From: an archaeon
GTDB lineage: Archaea; EX4484-52; B79-G9
Assembly: GCA_043813875.1 (NCBI GenBank)
Contig: JBDRKP010000024.1
Location: 1-10,638, forward strand
DNA length: 10,638 bases
Direction of reading: 5' to 3'
The translations under genes and the position numbers were made by a program. Positions 6,615-10,638 of this stretch are shown here, piece by piece. The notes beneath the pieces are model-generated. The model saw only the letters and a list, made by a program, of their open reading frames with translations. It made no database searches and had not been told where the DNA came from. Every line of letters begins with the position of its first letter. Position 1 is the first letter of the stretch.

Positions 6615-7865
6615 ATGCCGAAAAGGATAATACATAAACTCAAAAACGACTCGCTTTTGCGCGACTCAGCAGTCCTTTTCAGCGCAGGCATCATCGTCAA
6701 CATCCTCAACTACGCCTTCCAGCTATACATGGGGCGCTCTCTCGGACCGGCCGATTACGGCATTTTCGCATCGATTGTTTCTTTGTTATACATAGTATCG
6801 GTCCCCGCAGGCACGATCAACATATCGATCGCCCGGTTCGTGTCCGGCTTCCTTGGAAGAAAAGAGCTTGGCAAAGCGAAATACCTCTTCTTCAAGGGAC
6901 TGGGGAAGGTCACGATATTCGGAGCCGCCGGTTTTGCGGCAATCTCGCTCATCTCGCCATACATCGCGTCATTCTTAAACATCCCGGCCATATCGCCTGT
7001 TGTCATCCTCGGCCTGGTATTTTTCATGTCGATGATCGGGCCCGTCGCTAACGGCACCCTCCAGGGCCTCCAGAGGTTCAGGAAGCTCGGCGCTGTGCAG
7101 GTCGCGAATGCATCGGCAAAGCTGATCCTCGGCATAGCGCTCGTCAGCATAGGCTTCGGCGTCAACGGGGCCCTTGGCTCACTCGCCCTGGCAGGCTTCT
7201 TCGGTTTCGGCCTGTCAGTGTATTTCCTGCGCGACATCCTGAAAAAAGAGAGCGCCCGCTTCGACAAGAACCGCCTCATCTCGTATTCCTACCCGGTCTT
7301 CATCTCATTGTTTCTGATAAACGTCATGTCAAACATCGACGTGATCCTTGTCAAGCACTATTTCACAGAAGCACAGGCCGGCCATTACGCCGCCGCGGCG
7401 CTTATCGGCAAGCTCGTGCTGTTCGCCTCGGGAGCAGTGACAGGCGTGATGTTCGCAAAGGTGGCGGAGCTGAAGGCGATCGGGAAGCCGGCAAAAAAGA
7501 TGCTTTATGAGTCCATGTTCTACATTTTCGCCATATCTTTTGCGGCAGTCACAGTATATTTCGTTGCCCCGCATTTCGTCCTGAGCCTGCTTTTCGGGAG
7601 TTCATACATCCCGGCAGTCCCCCTCATCGGCCTTTTCGGCCTCGCGATGGGCTTCTTCGCTCTCGCGAACGTCCTTGTCCAGTACAATCTAGCGGTGAAA
7701 GAGAAGAAGTTCATCTGGATACTGGCCGTGGCAGCAGTAGCAGAGGTAGCGATGATAATCATGTTCCACGACAGCCTGATGACGGTCCTGAAGATCCTGA
7801 CAGTCACGATGGCCCTCATCTTCTCATCATTACTGATCATGGCAGGAAAGGAGATAATAGAATGA
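6615..7865 (+). CDS. Oligosaccharide flippase (Wzx/MOP superfamily polysaccharide biosynthesis protein)
   Basis: 416 aa with many hydrophobic helices. Signature-like segments GRSLGPADYGIFASIVSL, LQGLQRF, GFGVNGAL and NIDVILVKHYF...AGHYAAA. SD AGGTG at 6605-6609. Confidence 0.92.
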   Translation: MPKRIIHKLKNDSLLRDSAVLFSAGIIVNILNYAFQLYMGRSLGPADYGIFASIVSLLYIVSVPAGTINISIARFVSGFLGRKELGKAKYLFFKGLGKVTIFGAAGFAAISLISPYIASFLNIPAISPVVILGLVFFMSMIGPVANGTLQGLQRFRKLGAVQVANASAKLILGIALVSIGFGVNGALGSLALAGFFGFGLSVYFLRDILKKESARFDKNRLISYSYPVFISLFLINVMSNIDVILVKHYFTEAQAGHYAAAALIGKLVLFASGAVTGVMFAKVAELKAIGKPAKKMLYESMFYIFAISFAAVTVYFVAPHFVLSLLFGSSYIPAVPLIGLFGLAMGFFALANVLVQYNLAVKEKKFIWILAVAAVAEVAMIIMFHDSLMTVLKILTVTMALIFSSLLIMAGKEIIE

Positions 7866-8587
7866 AATTTACAGCCATAATGCCCGCATACATGAAAGAG
7901 GACGTCATAAAGATAGCACTCTTTGAGACAGAAAAAGTCCTGAAGACCTTCGGCATGCCCTACGAGATAATAGTGGTAGACGACGGATCGAAAGACCAGA
8001 CAAGGAAGAAAGCTTCAGGATACAAATCAAAACACGTAAAAGTAGTAGGCTACAAGAAAAACCGCGGCAAGGGCGCCGCCCTGAAATACGGCTTCAAGTA
8101 CGCGAAAGGCGACCTCATAGCCTTCATCGACGCTGACACCGACTTAAGGCCTGATCAGCTGGAGCATTTCCTCTACTACATGTCGATAGCAGATGCCGAC
8201 GTAGTCATAGGATCAAAAGTCCACCCATACTCGAAAGTCAAATACCCTCCTGTAAGGAGATTCCTCTCAGGCGCATACAGGACCTTGAACAGGATCCTCT
8301 TCAACCTGGACGTCCACGACACCCAGGTAGGCCAGAAGGTCTTCAAAAGAAAAGTCCTGGAAGACATCCTGCCAAGAGTGTTAGTCAAGCGCTACGCCTT
8401 CGACCTCGAGCTCCTTGTAAACGCGCACCACAGGGGCTACAAGATTGTGGAGGCGCCGATAACCCTGAACTATGATTTCAGCCAGAGCGCAGTAAACCTG
8501 CGCGCAATCTGGCACATATTTGTAGACACGTGCGCAATATTCTACAGGCTGCGTATCCTCCATTACTACAACGGCAGGAAAAAATGA
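7862..8587 (+). CDS. GT2 glycosyltransferase (dolichyl-phosphate hexose synthase-like)
   Basis: AIMPAY, EIIVVDDGSKDQT, NRGKGAALKYG, IAFIDAD (DxD), DTQVGQKVF and YAFDLELL. ATGA overlap with the flippase. Confidence 0.95.
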   Translation: MKFTAIMPAYMKEDVIKIALFETEKVLKTFGMPYEIIVVDDGSKDQTRKKASGYKSKHVKVVGYKKNRGKGAALKYGFKYAKGDLIAFIDADTDLRPDQLEHFLYYMSIADADVVIGSKVHPYSKVKYPPVRRFLSGAYRTLNRILFNLDVHDTQVGQKVFKRKVLEDILPRVLVKRYAFDLELLVNAHHRGYKIVEAPITLNYDFSQSAVNLRAIWHIFVDTCAIFYRLRILHYYNGRKK

Positions 8588-8672
8588 AAATCATCTCATT
8601 CGCTTCGCTCATTCGAAGCTTTCCGACGTGTGGTCGTAAATCATCTCATTCGCGTCATTCATTCTAAGCTTT
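8588..8672. repeat. Imperfect 35-bp direct repeat (2 copies, 50-bp period)
   Basis: AAATCATCTCATTCGCTTCGCTCATTCGAAGCTTT (8588-8622) vs AAATCATCTCATTCGCGTCATTCATTCTAAGCTTT (8638-8672): 31/35 identical, with a 15-bp spacer. Confidence 0.9.
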
Positions 8673-8935
8673 TCTTGTCATGCTGGGAAATCCGCCAAAA
8701 CATATTAAATTTGCCTGCGCTAAATATGCATTATGGACATTGAAAAATTGGTCTCAAATGGGGAATCCGATACACTTGAATTCAAGGAATCCCTTTCCTT
8801 GAAAGACGAGATAGGAGAGGGAGTGTCTGCGCTCTCCAATACAAGCGGCGGGATGATTCTTGTCGGAGTTACTGATAGCAGGGAGATTATCGGGGTAGAG
8901 ATCGGCAAAAAGACGCTTGAGGATCTGGCCAATTA

Positions 8936-9036
8936 TAGTTGACGTCGTTACTAGCTGGACAAATATGACCAATAAACCAACAGACGTCAATCTATATGGA
9001 AAAGTCATGTAGTCTAAAAAGTTATGACTTTTACTA
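8936..9036. mobile_element. 101-bp TA-flanked palindromic insert (MITE-like; possibly two tandem mini-units)
   Basis: Flanked by TA at 8934-8935 and 9037-9038; ends TAGT...ACTA. Unit 1 (8936-8994) has arms TAG-TTGACGTC-GTT / AAC-A-GACGTCAA-T-CTA. An internal TA follows at 8995-8996. Unit 2 (8997-9036) has arms AAAAGTCAT / ATGACTTTT. Confidence 0.75.
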
Positions 9037-9150
9037 TACATCAAGACACATACCGACAACCACGTTTTCCCGAAAATATCTCTTGTGAACATAGAGTGGA
9101 AGGAGATTGTCGTTATCGAGGTAAAGGAGAGCGATGAAAAGCCTGTTTTT

Positions 9151-9218
9151 TTCATTGTATTATATGCCGACAATGAAAAAGCTTGAAATCCACTAATTGC
9201 ATCAAAATTTCATGATTC
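9151..9218. mobile_element. 68-nt hairpin-rich insert bounded by a TTCA direct repeat
   Basis: TTCA at 9151-9154 and 9219-9222. Perfect 11-bp inverted repeat TTTTTCATTGT (9148-9158) / ACAATGAAAAA (9170-9180). CTTGAA (9182-9187) is complementary to TTCAAG (9219-9224). Removing it restores KPVFFKGRAY. Confidence 0.65.
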
Positions 9219-10280
9219 TTCAAGGGCCGGGCATACGTCCGGGTGGGAAAATCAAGGCACAAGCTATCAGCCTCCGAAATAAGAAATCTGGCAAAGGAAT
9301 CCGGGCAGAAAGTACATTGGGATGAACAAGCGTGCAAAGACGCCACCATGGATGATATTGATTGGAATTTTGTAAAAGACTTTTTCGTAGCAAGATACGA
9401 GTCTTTGAGCGCGGCAAAGGTTACAGGAAACGGGAATGATTTACTTCGGGCGCTAAACTGCATCAGGGATGGCAATCCGACAAATGCGGGAATTCTTTTG
9501 TTCGCCAAAAACCCTCAGAAGTTTTTTGCAAATGCATATATTGCTATGGCCAGATACAAAGGAAAGCATGAAGGAATAGAGCGCATGGACTATAAGGAAT
9601 TTGCAGGCAATTTGTTTAGCCAGATTGACGGTTGCGACAGCTACATAAAAGAACATACTGCGATGATGTCGCGCATTCTGCCGCAAAGGGTTGAGAGGGA
9701 GGATATACCGGAATACTCATGGTTTTCTGTCAGGGAACTGGTAACAAATGCCGTCTGCCACAGGGATTACTCAGATCAGGGCTCAAAAACCATAGTCAAG
9801 ATGTTTGGCGACAGGATTGAATTCTATAACCCGGGCGGCCTGCAAAAGGGCATAACCCCGAATAATATCGCTGAGAGGCAATATTCAAGAAATCCTGTGA
9901 TCACAAAAGTTCTTGCAAAGGTCAAATATATTGAAGATCTCGGCGAGGGCTGGGACAAAATTCTAAAGGAGCATAAAGCGCATCCTCTTAGTCCGAAATT
10001 GCCGCTGATAAAGGCGGATGAGTACAGTGTTCTTGTGGCAATGTACTCCACCAGGGATAAATTCGAAAAAGGCAGTTTTGGGCTTAACGACAGGCAAAAG
10101 CTGGCAATCGGGTATGCAAGGGGCAAAGGGAAAATCACTAATGAAGAATATCAGAAAGCGGGAAATACTACCAAAAAAACAGCTACCCGCGATTTGCAGG
10201 ACATGGTAAAAAGAAGCATCTTTATCAGGACGGGCAGGACAGGAAAAGGCGTATACTACACTCTGAATCCCTCATTTAAA

Positions 10281-10310
10281 GGGGACATAAGGGGACAAAA
10301 GGAGACATAG
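10281..10310 (+). repeat. Three imperfect 10-bp tandem repeats at the 3' end of the AlbA gene
   Basis: GGGGACATAA GGGGACAAAA GGAGACATAG; the last unit supplies the stop codon. Confidence 0.8.
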
Positions 10311-10346
10311 TTTGAAATGGAGGTATGATGGCAAGGCTTTCAGCAA

Positions 10347-10638
10347 GATTGGGACAGGATTATTGAAGAAACCAGGAACCATCCCTTAAAGCCGCCAATG
10401 CCCAAAATTGAGGATACCGCTGCAGGCGTTATCTGCAAAGCTTCCGGTACGTGTTGGCGAAGTTGCGGTTAACGCGAAGTTGCTGGAAGCGAAACTTAAT
10501 GAGCGGCAAAAGAAGCTTGTGGAGCTTGTAAAGAAAAAATATGAATTAGGCATTGCTGATTATAAAGACATTTTTCCGCTCATCCCTGAGCGAACTTTAC
10601 GCAGCGACCTTGAAACTCTCGTTAAGCTCAAAATATTA
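10347..10638 (+). pseudogene. Frameshifted C-terminal fragment of a second AlbA/RecG-like paralog (runs off the window)
   Basis: DWDRIIEETRNHPLKPPMPKIED (cf. GWDKILKEHKAHPLSPKLPLIKA upstream). After a frameshift near 10430-10460 it reads LNERQKKLVELVKKK...DYKDIFPLIPERTLRSDLETLVKLKIL (cf. LNDRQKLAIGY...TATRDLQDMVKRSIF). No N-terminal portion or in-frame start. Confidence 0.85.

Larger units (their letters stand above)
8733..10310 (+). pseudogene. AlbA_2/Schlafen-domain + HATPase_c_4-like + C-terminal wHTH protein ('RecG-like' regulator), interrupted by two inserts
   Basis: N-terminus GESDTLEFKES...VSALSNTSGGMILVGVTD (AlbA_2). Middle piece YIKTHTDNHVFPKISLVNIEWKEIVVIEVKESDEKPVF (9037-9150). 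C-terminal piece FKGRAYVRVGKS...VRELVTNAVCHRDYS...DRIEFYNPGGL...SRNPVI...YIEDLGEG...LNDRQK...TATRDLQDMV. Removing 8936-9038 and 9151-9218 gives a 468-aa stop-free ORF. TATTAAAT at 8703-8710. Confidence 0.88.

Noticed and set aside
6755..7840. Long antisense ORFs within the flippase
   Set aside because: Shadow frames of a hydrophobic, GC3-rich gene; the same applies to the antisense ORFs within the other confident CDSs.
8588..8672. Possible mini CRISPR array
   Set aside because: Only two imperfect copies, a 15-bp spacer that is too short, and no cas genes or leader in the window.
8733..9242. Programmed frameshifting or read-through to explain the split AlbA gene
   Set aside because: The pieces are separated by 103 and 68 nt of non-homologous sequence with stop codons, so a simple slip cannot restore the domain.
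9243..10310. 355-aa ORF as an independent gene or true RecG helicase
   Set aside because: The GTG lies inside the conserved YVRVG motif of the AlbA domain, so this is the 3' piece of the interrupted gene. No SF2 helicase motifs are visible.
1..10638. tRNA, rRNA, integrase or transposase genes
   Set aside because: No cloverleaf, rRNA-like segment or recombinase/transposase motif was recognised in any frame.

Overview
Archaeal-type genomic DNA (GGTG(A)T Shine-Dalgarno motifs and TATA boxes roughly 20-50 nt upstream of starts; lineage cannot be fixed from sequence alone). The window is an accessory, partly decaying region beside cell-surface glycosylation genes. In order: a divergent BshC-like putative ligase with a Cys-rich insert (probably 5'-truncated by the window) overlapping a class I SAM methyltransferase; a degenerate copy of the 3' end of a downstream gene; a hicB-hicA toxin-antitoxin pair; a short GT2 remnant; several orphan ORFs, including one resembling a stand-alone TFB/cyclin-box repeat and one probable winged-helix protein; an MNT-HEPN (mntA/hepT-like) pair whose toxin is frameshifted by a small deletion; an unannotated 49-aa ORF whose start region carries two back-to-back palindromes; a Wzx-like flippase and a GT2 glycosyltransferase; an AlbA_2/Schlafen + HATPase-like + wHTH ('RecG-like regulator') gene; and a frameshifted fragment of a paralog of that gene. 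The most striking signal is in the AlbA gene. Two short hairpin-rich inserts (103 and 68 nt) split its N-terminal domain, and removing them precisely restores a clean 468-aa ORF. All family calls come from motif recognition by eye, not from database searches.
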